53,870 nt of DNA, from NCBI GenBank assembly GCA_025057985.1, contig JANXEV010000004.1, positions 1-53,870 of the forward strand, given 5' to 3'. Shown here piece after piece: positions 29,821-40,443 of the stretch. The position numbers were made by a program, and so were the translations under genes. Origin of the DNA: Candidatus Aenigmatarchaeota archaeon. Lineage in GTDB: Archaea; Aenigmatarchaeota; Aenigmatarchaeia; CG10238-14; SpSt-28. The notes below the pieces were generated by a model that was not told where the DNA came from, did no database searches, and saw only the letters and a program-made list of their open reading frames with translations. Every line of letters starts with the position of its first letter. Position 1 is the stretch's first letter.

Positions 29821-30582
29821 TCACGAAAATTTTTCTTTCATTAAATTTAGGTTAAAGTTTGGTGAGAAAAACTCTCTAAAAAACTCTTCTGTAGGTTTTT
29901 CTCCTTTTCTAAAAACTAAAACTCTGTTACAGTACCAAATTTTAGGCTCTCCAGAAAACCATTTTTCATCGTTGTCTTTATCCAACTCTCCTCCGAATAA
30001 AACCCTTCTTATTACATCTAACTCACAAACACCTTCAGATTTTTCAACATATTTTGCTAAGTTAGATAAAATTGGTATATCGCCTATCAAAAACATAGAA
30101 CCGTTGATATAGATTTGCGGTATTGCAGCGTGTGTAAAATTCTTTACCAAGTTAGAAACGTACCAGTCCATCACTTTAGCATTATCTCGATCTTTGTATA
30201 CTTCATATTCGATCAAAACTATCGGATTTTTTTGTACAAATCCATAAAAAAGATGAGGATCCACTTTTGCGCAATGTGGGCAACCTATACCGGTGAAGTA
30301 GATTAGACAGGTTTTTGGAGAATAACAATCATACTCTATTTCCTTACCAGAAGAACAATCAAAAGGATCATATAAAATTTTCCCATATTTCGTTTCTAAA
30401 CTTTCTCTAAAACAAATCTTCCCTTCATGTTCACATATTCCCATGTCTTTTCTACAAGAAAATTGAACATAAGAATCTGTGGAATTCTCTCGATAAGGTA
30501 AAAAATTCAAAACGAAATAGACTAGAAAAGAAGCAAAAAACACCGTTACTAAAAAAGCTATAGTCGATTTTTTGACCTTCAT
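29821..30582 (-). CDS. Membrane-anchored thioredoxin/glutaredoxin-fold protein
   Basis: YFTGIGCPHCA, AIP cis-Pro region, N-terminal TM. Confidence 0.75.
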   Translation of the reverse strand: MKVKKSTIAFLVTVFFASFLVYFVLNFLPYRENSTDSYVQFSCRKDMGICEHEGKICFRESLETKYGKILYDPFDCSSGKEIEYDCYSPKTCLIYFTGIGCPHCAKVDPHLFYGFVQKNPIVLIEYEVYKDRDNAKVMDWYVSNLVKNFTHAAIPQIYINGSMFLIGDIPILSNLAKYVEKSEGVCELDVIRRVLFGGELDKDNDEKWFSGEPKIWYCNRVLVFRKGEKPTEEFFREFFSPNFNLNLMKEKFS

Positions 30583-31422
30583 TTACCCCACCCTAAGAAA
30601 AAACCAAATAACCGCGGCCAATCCTATCAGGCTCAACCCTACTAAAAATCTCATTAATCTTCTATGTTTTTTATAAATTTTTTCACGTATCACTTTCGGC
30701 TCCAAACCTCTAACGAGAAGTAGAATTATTAGAATCTCTGGTAGAATAAAAAGGACATTATAGTAAAATAAAATTAACAAAGTGGAGAAAAAATTTTGTT
30801 GAACGGAATGTAAAAAACTTATCAACCCCAAATAAAACAAACCCGTACACGGAAGTTCAACCAAGGTCACTGTAGCTGCCAATAAAATAGTGGCTAATAA
30901 AGAAGTGTAAGTTAGGAGTTTTTTAATCGCACCTTTTGTAAATTCTGGAACAGAAAAAATCGATTTTTTGCCCAATATTGCATCTCTTATGTTTATAAAC
31001 CCGGCGATCAAAAGAACAGAAACTAAAAATATTTTTAAATAATGGAATACATTCGACGCGACAGAAATGGAATAGAAAAAAGAATAGCCAAAATAAATCA
31101 ACAAACCTAAGGAGAAGTATGTAACGAAAACGACCAAAGTAAAAACAATCGCCCTAATTATTATATCTTTTCTACTCACACTCATCGAAGCCAAAGTAGC
31201 TATCATAACAGTTAATAAAGAAATCACACATGGATTTACAGAATCGGCTAAAGACAAAAGAGTAACTATCGTTATAAATTGGATTGGAGAAAGATCTCTA
31301 CTTAATTCTAAATCCTCTATTTTTAGAAAATTGAAGTTTGTTAGAATCAAGAAAATTAGAAGCGCTGACAAAATAGCTACTAAAAATATTGTTACTATTT
31401 TTTCTTTGTTTCTCGCTACCAT
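30583..31422 (-). CDS. CcdA/DsbD-like transmembrane disulfide reductase
   Basis: DSVNPC and ELPCTG TM cysteines; adjacent to a CPHC protein. Confidence 0.8.
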   Translation of the reverse strand: MVARNKEKIVTIFLVAILSALLIFLILTNFNFLKIEDLELSRDLSPIQFITIVTLLSLADSVNPCVISLLTVMIATLASMSVSRKDIIIRAIVFTLVVFVTYFSLGLLIYFGYSFFYSISVASNVFHYLKIFLVSVLLIAGFINIRDAILGKKSIFSVPEFTKGAIKKLLTYTSLLATILLAATVTLVELPCTGLFYLGLISFLHSVQQNFFSTLLILFYYNVLFILPEILIILLLVRGLEPKVIREKIYKKHRRLMRFLVGLSLIGLAAVIWFFLRVG

Positions 31423-32150
31423 TTTTTCACCTTAACATGAGACAATATTAACTCTGATATTTCTACTGTTTTTATACCACTAAATTTTTTAAGTGAAAAG
31501 ACACAAAGAGGGCATGAAGTTACTAAAATCTTAGCTCTTGTTTTTTTAGCTTGTTCTATTCTTTCTTTTGCTATTTCTCTCGCCAAAATGGGGTAGTTCG
31601 CACCAACGCCACCTCCACTACCACAACACAAAGAAGTCTCTCTACTTTCTTCCATTTCTACTAAATCATATCCAAGCGCTTTTATTATCATTCTAGGTTC
31701 TTCATATATTCCGGAATACCTCCCTAAATGGCAAGGATCATGGTATGTTACTTTTCCTCTACCTTTTCTATAAATTTTCAATCTACCGTCTCGAATTCCT
31801 TCCCAGATCATTTTAATCGCATGAACACATTCTATTTTCCACTCCCGACAAACCTTAGAATATTCCTTAGAAAAAGTGTAGTAACAAGCAGGACAACTTA
31901 AAATTATTTTTCCGACGTTGTATTTCCTAAAAACTTCAAAATTTTTCCTTACCAAATTTCTAAATTGTTGAAAATATCCAGCGTTTCTGACAGGCGAACC
32001 GCAACAAACTTCTTCTTCCACTTCTATAAACTTAACTTCCATTTCTCTCAAAATTTTTTCATAATTTTCTTTTAAATTTCTATAAACAAATTTCTTCAAA
32101 CAACCTGGATAATACAAAACATTTGGTTTTAGTACTTTTTCTATTATCAT
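31416..32150 (-). CDS. CCG-domain Fe-S protein (LutA/GlcF/HdrB-like)
   Basis: YYPGC, CCG, SCPAC, YHDPCHLGR, CCGSGGG, TSCPLC. Confidence 0.85.
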   Translation of the reverse strand: MIIEKVLKPNVLYYPGCLKKFVYRNLKENYEKILREMEVKFIEVEEEVCCGSPVRNAGYFQQFRNLVRKNFEVFRKYNVGKIILSCPACYYTFSKEYSKVCREWKIECVHAIKMIWEGIRDGRLKIYRKGRGKVTYHDPCHLGRYSGIYEEPRMIIKALGYDLVEMEESRETSLCCGSGGGVGANYPILAREIAKERIEQAKKTRAKILVTSCPLCVFSLKKFSGIKTVEISELILSHVKVKKW

Positions 32151-32159
32151 ACCATCAAC

Positions 32160-33428
32160 CTAACAACAATAAAGTTTTTCTTGAACCTCACCGTTTTTTG
32201 AACTTTTGCCAAAGGGATTCCCAAAAATTTCCACATTCTCAACCATTTCAGAATTAGTTTTGGTCTCATAACCACTTTTAACACTAATTTCTCTGATTTT
32301 TCTAACGATCTCTGGAACGTCTAAGCTCACCGGACATACTTCTTTACATGAACCACACAAGTTGCAAAAATACAAACCTGAATTGAAGGTTTGTTCTATT
32401 CCTTCGATCATAAAAGTTTTCAAAACACCTATCCCACCTATGTAATCTTTACCATATCTTTCAAAGACTTGTCTATAAATCGGACATGAATATAAACACG
32501 CCCCACAACCTATACAATATAAAATTTCTTCTAAATCTGTGTTAACAATTTTACTTCTACCATTATCCACAAGAACCAAATACACTTCCTCAGGTCCATG
32601 AACTCCGTAGACTATTTTCTTCTGTAAATCAGCAGTTTTACTTAAAGATGAAATGATGTTTATGTAAGAAGTTGATTTAGAACCCGTACCATAGAATGAC
32701 AATACCTTAGAAATCAAGATAGCATCATCTAAATTCTTAACTATCTTGTCTATGCTGGCAACTATTATATGTTTATTTGGAATTTTTGAAACGAGAGATA
32801 TATTACCTTCATTCTCTATTATAACAATGAACCCGTCTGAAGTTATCACATTTGCCCCAGTCAAACCATATTTCGCTTCAAAGATTTTTCTTCTAATGTA
32901 ATTTTTCACGAAACTCACAATTTCTTCAGGTTCAGGTTTTAATCTAACTCTGAACCTTCTCCTTATTGCCTTGACGACTTTTTCTAATGGAATATGTAAA
33001 GCCGGTGTAACAGGATGTGAAGAACTTTCCCCACAAATTTGTACTATAAAATCCCCACAATCTGTTTCGACAACCTTATTTCTCTTATAAAATCTTTCTT
33101 CAAAGCCTATCTCTTTTATAACGTTAGACTTACTTTTAACCAAAAGTTCGCCCTCTGGTATTATCTTTTCCAAAATCCGTAGAGCTTCTTTTGAATCCTT
33201 AGCCTCAAAAACTTTTACCCCATTCTTCTCTAAATTTTCTACAGCCTTTTCCTTTAACTCAAAAACGTTTTTAATAGAATCTTCTCTGATGCGTCTAATC
33301 GTTTTTTTAAGTTCGTTCAAATCTAAATCCCTCAAAATCTCTCTTCTTCTAGAGATATATGTATAGTAAGCTTTTTTAAAAAATCTTTTCGAATTTTTTC
33401 TCTTTTGTAAAATCTCACTCAATTCCAT
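32160..33428 (-). CDS. LUD-domain Fe-S protein (LutB-like)
   Basis: KSKS, ETDCGDFIVQ, HPVTPALH, ENEGN, HGP, two CxxCxxCxxxCP motifs. Confidence 0.88.
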   Translation of the reverse strand: MELSEILQKRKNSKRFFKKAYYTYISRRREILRDLDLNELKKTIRRIREDSIKNVFELKEKAVENLEKNGVKVFEAKDSKEALRILEKIIPEGELLVKSKSNVIKEIGFEERFYKRNKVVETDCGDFIVQICGESSSHPVTPALHIPLEKVVKAIRRRFRVRLKPEPEEIVSFVKNYIRRKIFEAKYGLTGANVITSDGFIVIIENEGNISLVSKIPNKHIIVASIDKIVKNLDDAILISKVLSFYGTGSKSTSYINIISSLSKTADLQKKIVYGVHGPEEVYLVLVDNGRSKIVNTDLEEILYCIGCGACLYSCPIYRQVFERYGKDYIGGIGVLKTFMIEGIEQTFNSGLYFCNLCGSCKEVCPVSLDVPEIVRKIREISVKSGYETKTNSEMVENVEIFGNPFGKSSKNGEVQEKLYCC

Positions 33429-33509
33429 AAGAAAAGTTAGTTGAAACCTTATATAAACTTTGGTTTCAATTTATGAAACTTTAAATTTTGAAAACAAAAA
33501 CAAAAAAAT

Positions 33510-33962
33510 ATGGATAGGAGAGTTATTCTATTGGCAATTATTATAACAAGTTTTGTTTTCTCTGTTTCCTTAGCTACTCTTTATGCACAAATAAGGATCA
33601 TGGAAGCGAACGCCTACGCTTGTTCTTTTTCAATTCCAGCTTTAATCCCCTTGTTTTCTTCATTTGGTGTGTTAATTGGTCTGATAGTTTACTACTTGCT
33701 TTCTCCAAAAATAGAAAAAATATCACTAAAGAAAGTCGAAGCTATTTTAGAAATTCTAGAACCTAGAGAAAGAGAGATCATAAAAATGTTGATAGAGAAT
33801 GGAGGAGAGTTGTCTCAAGCGAAGATTTCCTCTAAACTTGGAAAAGTCAATGCCCACAGGATCTTAGAAAAGTTAATAAAAAGGGGTGTTGTTTCGAAAA
33901 TTCCTCTCAAAAAAACTAACAAAATAAAAATTAATGATAAATTCAAATCTGTTTTTCAATAA
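33510..33962 (+). CDS. Membrane-anchored winged-helix protein
   Basis: Two TM helices followed by ERE..LIENGG.LSQ...HRIL.KL..RG. Confidence 0.7.
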   Translation: MDRRVILLAIIITSFVFSVSLATLYAQIRIMEANAYACSFSIPALIPLFSSFGVLIGLIVYYLLSPKIEKISLKKVEAILEILEPREREIIKMLIENGGELSQAKISSKLGKVNAHRILEKLIKRGVVSKIPLKKTNKIKINDKFKSVFQ

Positions 33963-34079
33963 AAAAAGGTTGTGAGATTTAAAGACTTATTTTTCTACTG
34001 GTAAAGTTCGATGACGGCTTCGATAGAGATATTATAAAAGAAAATAGGAGAATTGGGACGTGATGGTGTTTAAAAGAAC

Positions 34080-35357
34080 TTACTTCGCCTTCACCACGTC
34101 CAAAACTATTCCAGCTGCAACAGTCATTCCCATGTCTCTTATGGCGAACTTTCCTAGAGTTGGGAAATCAGATTGTTTCTCTACAACCACAGGTCTTAGA
34201 GGAACAACTCTTACCTTCGCTACATCACCAGTCTTTAGAAACTCAGGTTTTTCTTGTGATGGTTGTCCTGTCCTTGGGTCAATCTTTGCAATTATTTCTT
34301 CTATTCTACCGGCAACAGTTGCTGTGTGAATGTGGAAAACAGGCGTATAACCTGGTGCTAAAACCGTTGGATGTTGTAAAACTACGATTTGAGCTGTAAA
34401 CTCTTTAGCCACGCTAGGTGGATTGTTCGGATGTCCTGCTACATCTCCTCTTCTCACATCGGTTTTACTTATTCCTCTAACGTTAAAACCTATGTTATCA
34501 CCAGGCATCGCTTGCGGCACGTTTTGATGATGCATCTCTATTGATTTAACTTCTCCTTTAACACCACTTGGTTCGAAGACAACCACATCGTTTACTTTCA
34601 AAACGCCACTCTCGACTCTACCAACTGGGACTGTACCTACACCAGTTATAGAATATACATCCTGAATTGGTATTCTCAAAGGTTTATCTACTGGTCTAGG
34701 CGGAACTTGTAGCATATCTAAAGCTTCTACAAGAGTTGGGCCATTGTACCATGACATCTTATCACTTCTTTTGACAATATTTTCCCCAAACTGAGCGGCC
34801 GTAGGAACGACCTGTATTTTCGATATATCATAACCGACAGACTTCAACAACTTTAAAGCGTCTTCCTTCAATTTTTCATAAACTTCTTTCTTATAACCCC
34901 CTAGATCCATTTTAGAAATGGCGACGATGACTTGATTTATACCAAGAACTTTTATCAAGAAAACGTGCTCTTTTGTTTGTTCCTGCACACCTTCACCAGG
35001 CCTAGCAGAAACAACCAAAATCGCTGCGTCTGCCTGTGAAGCACCAGTAATCATGTTCTTAACAAAATCTCTATGTCCAGGAGCATCGATAACCGTAAAG
35101 AAGTATTTCTGAGTCTCAAAAGGTCTATGCATTATATCGATCGTCATTCCTCTCATTCTTTCTTCCTTTTCTCTATCGACTATATAGGCAAACTCTCCTC
35201 CTTCTATCTTAAATTCTTTCGCCAACTCTTGATATTTTCTCAATTCTTCATCTCTTACAGCACCACTTTCATATAATAACCTACCGACTATCGTTGATTT
35301 ACCATGATCTACGTGCCCGACTACTACCAGATTCATATGAGGCTTCGCCATTTTCAT
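34080..35357 (-). CDS. tuf: Elongation factor 1-alpha
   Basis: GHVDHGKST, DAPGHRDFVKNMITG; real start may be the second ATG (35351) given SD spacing. Confidence 0.98.
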   Translation of the reverse strand: MKMAKPHMNLVVVGHVDHGKSTIVGRLLYESGAVRDEELRKYQELAKEFKIEGGEFAYIVDREKEERMRGMTIDIMHRPFETQKYFFTVIDAPGHRDFVKNMITGASQADAAILVVSARPGEGVQEQTKEHVFLIKVLGINQVIVAISKMDLGGYKKEVYEKLKEDALKLLKSVGYDISKIQVVPTAAQFGENIVKRSDKMSWYNGPTLVEALDMLQVPPRPVDKPLRIPIQDVYSITGVGTVPVGRVESGVLKVNDVVVFEPSGVKGEVKSIEMHHQNVPQAMPGDNIGFNVRGISKTDVRRGDVAGHPNNPPSVAKEFTAQIVVLQHPTVLAPGYTPVFHIHTATVAGRIEEIIAKIDPRTGQPSQEKPEFLKTGDVAKVRVVPLRPVVVEKQSDFPTLGKFAIRDMGMTVAAGIVLDVVKAK

Positions 35358-35432
35358 CCCTCCTTGTTAAATTTTATATTTTTTACTTAAATACTTATAA
35401 TCAAAGTTTAAATTTAAATTTTTTAACAACAT

Positions 35433-37634
35433 CTAACCAGCCGAAATTTCTGCCTTAGGTATTTCTTCTGGCAATCCCTTTCTCTTCCTTATCGATTTTA
35501 TAACCTGATCTCTTAACTCAGTTGGTAATTTCTCAAAAACTATGTCTACTAAACTATAGAAACCCCTTCCACTCGTCAAAGATTTTAATTTAGCATCGAA
35601 ACCGAACAACTCACTAACCGGAATTTTAGCCATTAAAATCATTGTATCCCTTTCTTCACTCATTTCCAATATCGCTCCTCTTCTATTTTCTATTTCCCTA
35701 CTTACTATTCCCATGTATTCGTTTGGTATATCGATCCTCAAGATTTGTTTTGGCTCCAAAAGAGTAGCTTCAGCCAACAACATCGCTTGTCTTATCGCAT
35801 ATCTAACAGCAGGCATTATTTGACCTGGTCCTCTGTGAACTGGATCTTCATGTAAATCTGCATCAACTAGTTTGACTTTCAACTTTATACACGGCTCTCT
35901 TGCTAAAGGCCCATCGTCCATAACTTCTCTAAAAGCATCTTTTATCATTTCCATGACTTCCAATAAAAACTGAACACCTTTTGTTTGATCTATAAAAACA
36001 TTTTTGTTATAAATCAACTGAACGCTCATCGCGTCTTCGTGTTTCATCCCAGCTTTTTCTAGTTTCTGATAAAGTTCCAAATTCTTTCTTTTCACTTCAA
36101 TGTTGCTTGGGATTGTTCCTTCTCTCATAGCTTCGTAAACTCCGTCTTCCAACGGCTCTACCACGAAATATAGCTTGTTATGTTTGTTGGGCGACTTTCC
36201 TTCTACTATAATCGATGGTTTTTGAATCGTTTCTCTGTAAACAACTATCGGCGGCGACATCTCTACGTCTATACCCATGTCTTTCAATTTATGCTCAACC
36301 TTTATTTCCAGGTGCAATTCTCCTAACCCTGACACCAAGTATTCTCCAGTTTCTTGATTTATTTTAACCAATAATGTTGGATCCTCTTTTCCAATCTTTC
36401 TCAACGTATCGACTAATTTTGGTAGATCCATGGGATTTTTTGGCTCAACTGCTTTTGTAACAACTGGCTCAAAAAGATGTTTTATTTCAGCGAAAGGCTC
36501 GATCGGAAAATCAGCATCACAAATCGTTTCACCAGTAAAAGCATCTGGAATTCCAACAATAGCAACAACGTTTCCCGCTGTAACTTCTTCAACAGGAATT
36601 CTGTTTATTCCTTTGAAAATAGCAACCTGTTGAACTCTTTCTTTTTGCTTCGAATTTATCAAAAGAATCTCCTTGCCCTTAAAAATTTTTCCAGAAAATA
36701 TCCTAGCCGTAGCCACGAAACCCACATGCTCGTCCGGAATCATTTTTGTAACTATGGCGGCTAGTTTTCCGTTAGCATCACACGATATCATCTGTTTACC
36801 TATTTCACTTTCTATATCCCCTCTCCAAATTTTCGAAACTCTATATTTTTGTGCGTCTACAGGTGAAGGTAAATGTCTAACTAACATATCCAAAATAACT
36901 TTGTGTAGTGGTGCTTTTTTAGCTAGCTCGTCTTCCTTTCCTTCTAGGGTTAGTTGAATCACTTCTTTAAGAGTAACCCCACTTTTTTGTAAAAATGGTA
37001 TAGAAACTGCCCATCTTTTAAAAGCACTACCTATAGCCACACTTCCATCTTTAACACTAACTACCCACTTGTCTTTAAATTCTTCAGGACAATGCTTTTG
37101 AATTAAAACATTCACCTCTTTAATTATTTTCTCAAATCTCTCCATCATCTGTTCCGGCGTAAGTTTCAATTCCTTTATCAACCTGTCTGTTTTATTAATA
37201 AACAAAACTGGTTTAACATATTCCCTCAAAGCTTGTTTAAAAACCGTTTCGGTTTGAGGCATTATACCTTCCACTGCATCAATCAAAACTATAGTACCAT
37301 CGGCGGCTCGCATAGCTTTTGTCACATCGCCACCAAAATCTACGTGGCCAGGTGTGTCCAACAAATTTATTAAATAATCTTTTCCTTCATACTCATGAAC
37401 CATACTTACGTTTGCTCCGTAGACTGTAAGTTGTCTTTTTCTTTCCTCTGGATCAAACCATGTATACATGACTTTACCTGCCATTTCCTCTGCAAGCATC
37501 CCTGCCCCTGCCATGAGATTATCAGTTAGTGTTGTCTTCCCGTGGTGCACATGACTGCTAGTGGCAACATTTCTTATCCTATTCGGATCTTTCATACATT
37601 CCATAACTCTCTCGATCATTTTCTTTTCTGCCAA
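35433..37634 (-). CDS. fusA: Elongation factor 2
   Basis: DTPGHVDFGG, NKTD, GELHLE, diphthamide loop HEDPVHRG; TTG start with GGAGGTG. Confidence 0.97.
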   Translation of the reverse strand: MAEKKMIERVMECMKDPNRIRNVATSSHVHHGKTTLTDNLMAGAGMLAEEMAGKVMYTWFDPEERKRQLTVYGANVSMVHEYEGKDYLINLLDTPGHVDFGGDVTKAMRAADGTIVLIDAVEGIMPQTETVFKQALREYVKPVLFINKTDRLIKELKLTPEQMMERFEKIIKEVNVLIQKHCPEEFKDKWVVSVKDGSVAIGSAFKRWAVSIPFLQKSGVTLKEVIQLTLEGKEDELAKKAPLHKVILDMLVRHLPSPVDAQKYRVSKIWRGDIESEIGKQMISCDANGKLAAIVTKMIPDEHVGFVATARIFSGKIFKGKEILLINSKQKERVQQVAIFKGINRIPVEEVTAGNVVAIVGIPDAFTGETICDADFPIEPFAEIKHLFEPVVTKAVEPKNPMDLPKLVDTLRKIGKEDPTLLVKINQETGEYLVSGLGELHLEIKVEHKLKDMGIDVEMSPPIVVYRETIQKPSIIVEGKSPNKHNKLYFVVEPLEDGVYEAMREGTIPSNIEVKRKNLELYQKLEKAGMKHEDAMSVQLIYNKNVFIDQTKGVQFLLEVMEMIKDAFREVMDDGPLAREPCIKLKVKLVDADLHEDPVHRGPGQIMPAVRYAIRQAMLLAEATLLEPKQILRIDIPNEYMGIVSREIENRRGAILEMSEERDTMILMAKIPVSELFGFDAKLKSLTSGRGFYSLVDIVFEKLPTELRDQVIKSIRKRKGLPEEIPKAEISAG

Positions 37635-37662
37635 AACATACCACCTCCTAAAATCAAAAAAT

Positions 37663-38265
37663 CTATCTAGCTCCTTCCGCTTCTTTCTCTATTCTCTCCT
37701 TATCTCTAACAGAATCACTTTTACTAGCATCATTGTTATAAGCACCTACGATTTCATCTACTAAAGCGTCTACCATGTTTGTTTTTTTTCCAAAAGCTTT
37801 CCTATAAGCCGCCTGAGCTATATGTCGTAGCGCTAAATCAACTCTCCTTTGTGGAGAAGTAACTACAGCCTTTCTAACTATTATACCACCAACTTGATAT
37901 GCAGCAATTTCCTCTCTCACAGCAGAATTTTCTATTGCTCTAACAAAAACCTCTAGCGGATTTTTTCCCGTAATTTCATGAATTTTATCAAAAGCTTTTT
38001 CGACGATTTTGTATGTGGTCTGCCATCTGCCAACTACTCTTCCGGAAGTTAGAACATGTTTCTTACTTTTATGGCCAGGCACCATCAAATGTGTTATCAA
38101 TCTCTCAACAATATTCATTTTAGATTTGTGAAATTGGTATTTTGCATGTCTTCCACAAGATTTGGGTATAATTTTTGGAGTTAGGTTTATATACCTTTCC
38201 AAACCAGGGTCTTCGACTTTAACATCAAAGCTCCATTTACCAAAAAGTTTTATATCTTCACCCAT
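37663..38265 (-). CDS. rps7: 30S ribosomal protein uS7
   Basis: IVERL, NPLEV, SPQRRVDLALR. Confidence 0.96.
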   Translation of the reverse strand: MGEDIKLFGKWSFDVKVEDPGLERYINLTPKIIPKSCGRHAKYQFHKSKMNIVERLITHLMVPGHKSKKHVLTSGRVVGRWQTTYKIVEKAFDKIHEITGKNPLEVFVRAIENSAVREEIAAYQVGGIIVRKAVVTSPQRRVDLALRHIAQAAYRKAFGKKTNMVDALVDEIVGAYNNDASKSDSVRDKERIEKEAEGAR

Positions 38266-38271
38266 TAAAAT

Positions 38272-38694
38272 CTACCTAGCTGGTTTCTGTTTCTTACCCT
38301 TCAATATTTCACTGAGCGCAACACCATTAACAGCAATTACTTTATACTTAACACCAACCATACTTCCTTTAGAACCACCTTGTCCTCCACCAACCTTTGT
38401 TATTATAACTTCATCGTGTTCACTTATTTTGTCTATGGCCCCAACACCAGGAACGTGAGCAGTAACTTGTAGATTATTTTTTATAAGCTGAACTCTAACA
38501 CATTTCGTCAAACCTGAAGCAGGCTTTCTTTGTTCCACAGCCCTTTTTTCTATAACTATACCTCTAGCCATTGGTGCTCCTTCTAATGGATCTTTTTTCC
38601 ATAGTTCCATAGCTCTATACCTATAGCTAGAGCTGGACCATCTAAATTTTTTTCTATTTTTCTTCAACTTTCTTCCTGCAAACTCCCCTGGCAT
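38272..38694 (-). CDS. rps12: 30S ribosomal protein uS12
   Basis: [23 protein letters not shown], operon position. Confidence 0.95.
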   Translation of the reverse strand: MPGEFAGRKLKKNRKKFRWSSSSYRYRAMELWKKDPLEGAPMARGIVIEKRAVEQRKPASGLTKCVRVQLIKNNLQVTAHVPGVGAIDKISEHDEVIITKVGGGQGGSKGSMVGVKYKVIAVNGVALSEILKGKKQKPAR

Positions 38695-39098
38695 TATCTC
38701 ACCACAACCTCGTCAACATCATAGTTTCTTTTTAAAATTTTTCTTATAGCATTTATATTCCTACCATTTTTCCCTATCACCAAACTCTTGTACACATTGT
38801 CAACGGTAATCTCTATCACTTTTTTCTCCTTTTCGTTTCTTATTTTTATATCCTTAGCTCCTCTTATCGAATTCCTTAAAAACTCCATCAAATTCGAATT
38901 ATACGTAAAAACTTTAATCTTTTTTTTCATCATGTTTTCCAAAGTTTTTACCATACCGTTGTTTTCTATTTTTTGACCTTCCTCTATCAAAAAATAAACC
39001 ACATCTTCGAAAATCAAACAATCTTTAACGCTTAAATGTGTGATAGACTCAAATAGATTTATCATTTTTATCGCTTCTGTATCAAAAACTATAGCCAT
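38694..39098 (-). CDS. nusA: Archaeal NusA (KH domains)
   Basis: IGKNGRNI, operon position. Confidence 0.9.
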   Translation of the reverse strand: MAIVFDTEAIKMINLFESITHLSVKDCLIFEDVVYFLIEEGQKIENNGMVKTLENMMKKKIKVFTYNSNLMEFLRNSIRGAKDIKIRNEKEKKVIEITVDNVYKSLVIGKNGRNINAIRKILKRNYDVDEVVVR

Positions 39099-39101
39099 AC
39101 T

Positions 39102-39353
39102 TCATCCCTTTATCGCTATCACTGCCACTGGGTATGGTTTTCCACACAAAGTACCCATTTCTTTACTGCTTCCATCAAAAATTTCTACAGCAACATTGCT
39201 GTGTAAAATAATGTTTTTTATTTTCTCAGGAGTATTCTTAGCTAAGACTACCAGCTCTACGTTATTGTTTCTTATGAATTTCAAGACCTCTCGATAACCA
39301 AGAATAGCTTTATTTTCCTTCAGAGCCTCTTTTATCTTTTCTTTCACGTTCAT
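39102..39353 (-). CDS. rpl30e: 50S ribosomal protein eL30
   Basis: LAKNTP, EMGTLCGKPY, operon position. Confidence 0.9.
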   Translation of the reverse strand: MNVKEKIKEALKENKAILGYREVLKFIRNNNVELVVLAKNTPEKIKNIILHSNVAVEIFDGSSKEMGTLCGKPYPVAVIAIKG

Positions 39354-40443
39354 CTTTTTCCCTCTTTACAACCAACTCGAACATTCCTGTACCAGTTGGT
39401 GCGACTTGTCCAATCATTACATTTTCGAACATACCTTTAAATTCATCTACCTCTCCTCTGATAGCAGCCCTTGCCAAATGTTTGATTGTTTCTTCAAAAG
39501 CAGCCCTAGATAGAACAGAATGTTTGGCTCCAGCAACTCCGTACCTACCTATCGACATTATCTCACCGCTCCATGTCATTATATCTGCGAGTAGATATAG
39601 ATATCTTATATTAACATCCAAACCCTGTTCTTGCATCGTTTTGTAAGCTTCTCTAACTATAAGGTTTCTAGCAGCTTCTATACCAAAAATTTCATAAACT
39701 TCATAAATGTCATTAGAATACGTTCTAGTTTCGTCAACTTCTTCCATCATTAAAACTTTTTCCAGATTGCTACCTAAAGTTTGAATCAACCAACGATTTT
39801 CTTCACTTCTAACAATCGCCGCTGTCACACCTTCTATACCTTCTACCACCAAATTTAAAATATCGTCTTTTAGTTTTTGAAGCTCTGTCACTTGAACTTC
39901 TTCTTTTTTCTTCATCTCAACCAATATATTTCCTTCTTTGACTTTAACCTTTACACCACCTATCTTTTCCTCAATCACACCTGCTATCTTTTCCGTCTTT
40001 CTTTTATCCCTCGGTTCGATTTGAATGCTAAAATTAAACAAATCTAGTGAGATGTTTTTCGTTAAATCATAAACTCTCCTTTCGATTATTTTGTTTGCAA
40101 ATTCTTCAGCTTTTTCTTTTGTGTTGTATTCTTTCTTCAGGTATATTATCATCATGGGTGTTTCTATTTTTTTCTTAGCATCAAAAATTTCAATCAACCT
40201 AGGTAAACCTAAAGTGACTTTTATACCTAAGGAACCTGCAACATGATAAGTTCTCATCGTTAGTTGAGTCGCTGGTTCAGAAATGCTTTGCGCGGCCAAT
40301 ATACCTATACTTTCTCCGGGTTCGAATCTAGATTTATTGTATTCTTCTTCTACCGCTTTTACCAACATCTCCTTTTGTTTTTCATTTAACTTCATTTCTT
40401 CACTTACTTTTTCTATTTCATCAAGAATTTTCTTAGGAAGCAT
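39310..40443 (-). CDS. rpoA2: RNA polymerase subunit A'' (Rpo1C)
   Basis: AAQSISEPATQLTMRTYH, TLGLPRLIE, RAAFE. Confidence 0.96.
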   Translation of the reverse strand: MLPKKILDEIEKVSEEMKLNEKQKEMLVKAVEEEYNKSRFEPGESIGILAAQSISEPATQLTMRTYHVAGSLGIKVTLGLPRLIEIFDAKKKIETPMMIIYLKKEYNTKEKAEEFANKIIERRVYDLTKNISLDLFNFSIQIEPRDKRKTEKIAGVIEEKIGGVKVKVKEGNILVEMKKKEEVQVTELQKLKDDILNLVVEGIEGVTAAIVRSEENRWLIQTLGSNLEKVLMMEEVDETRTYSNDIYEVYEIFGIEAARNLIVREAYKTMQEQGLDVNIRYLYLLADIMTWSGEIMSIGRYGVAGAKHSVLSRAAFEETIKHLARAAIRGEVDEFKGMFENVMIGQVAPTGTGMFELVVKREKDERERKDKRGSEGK

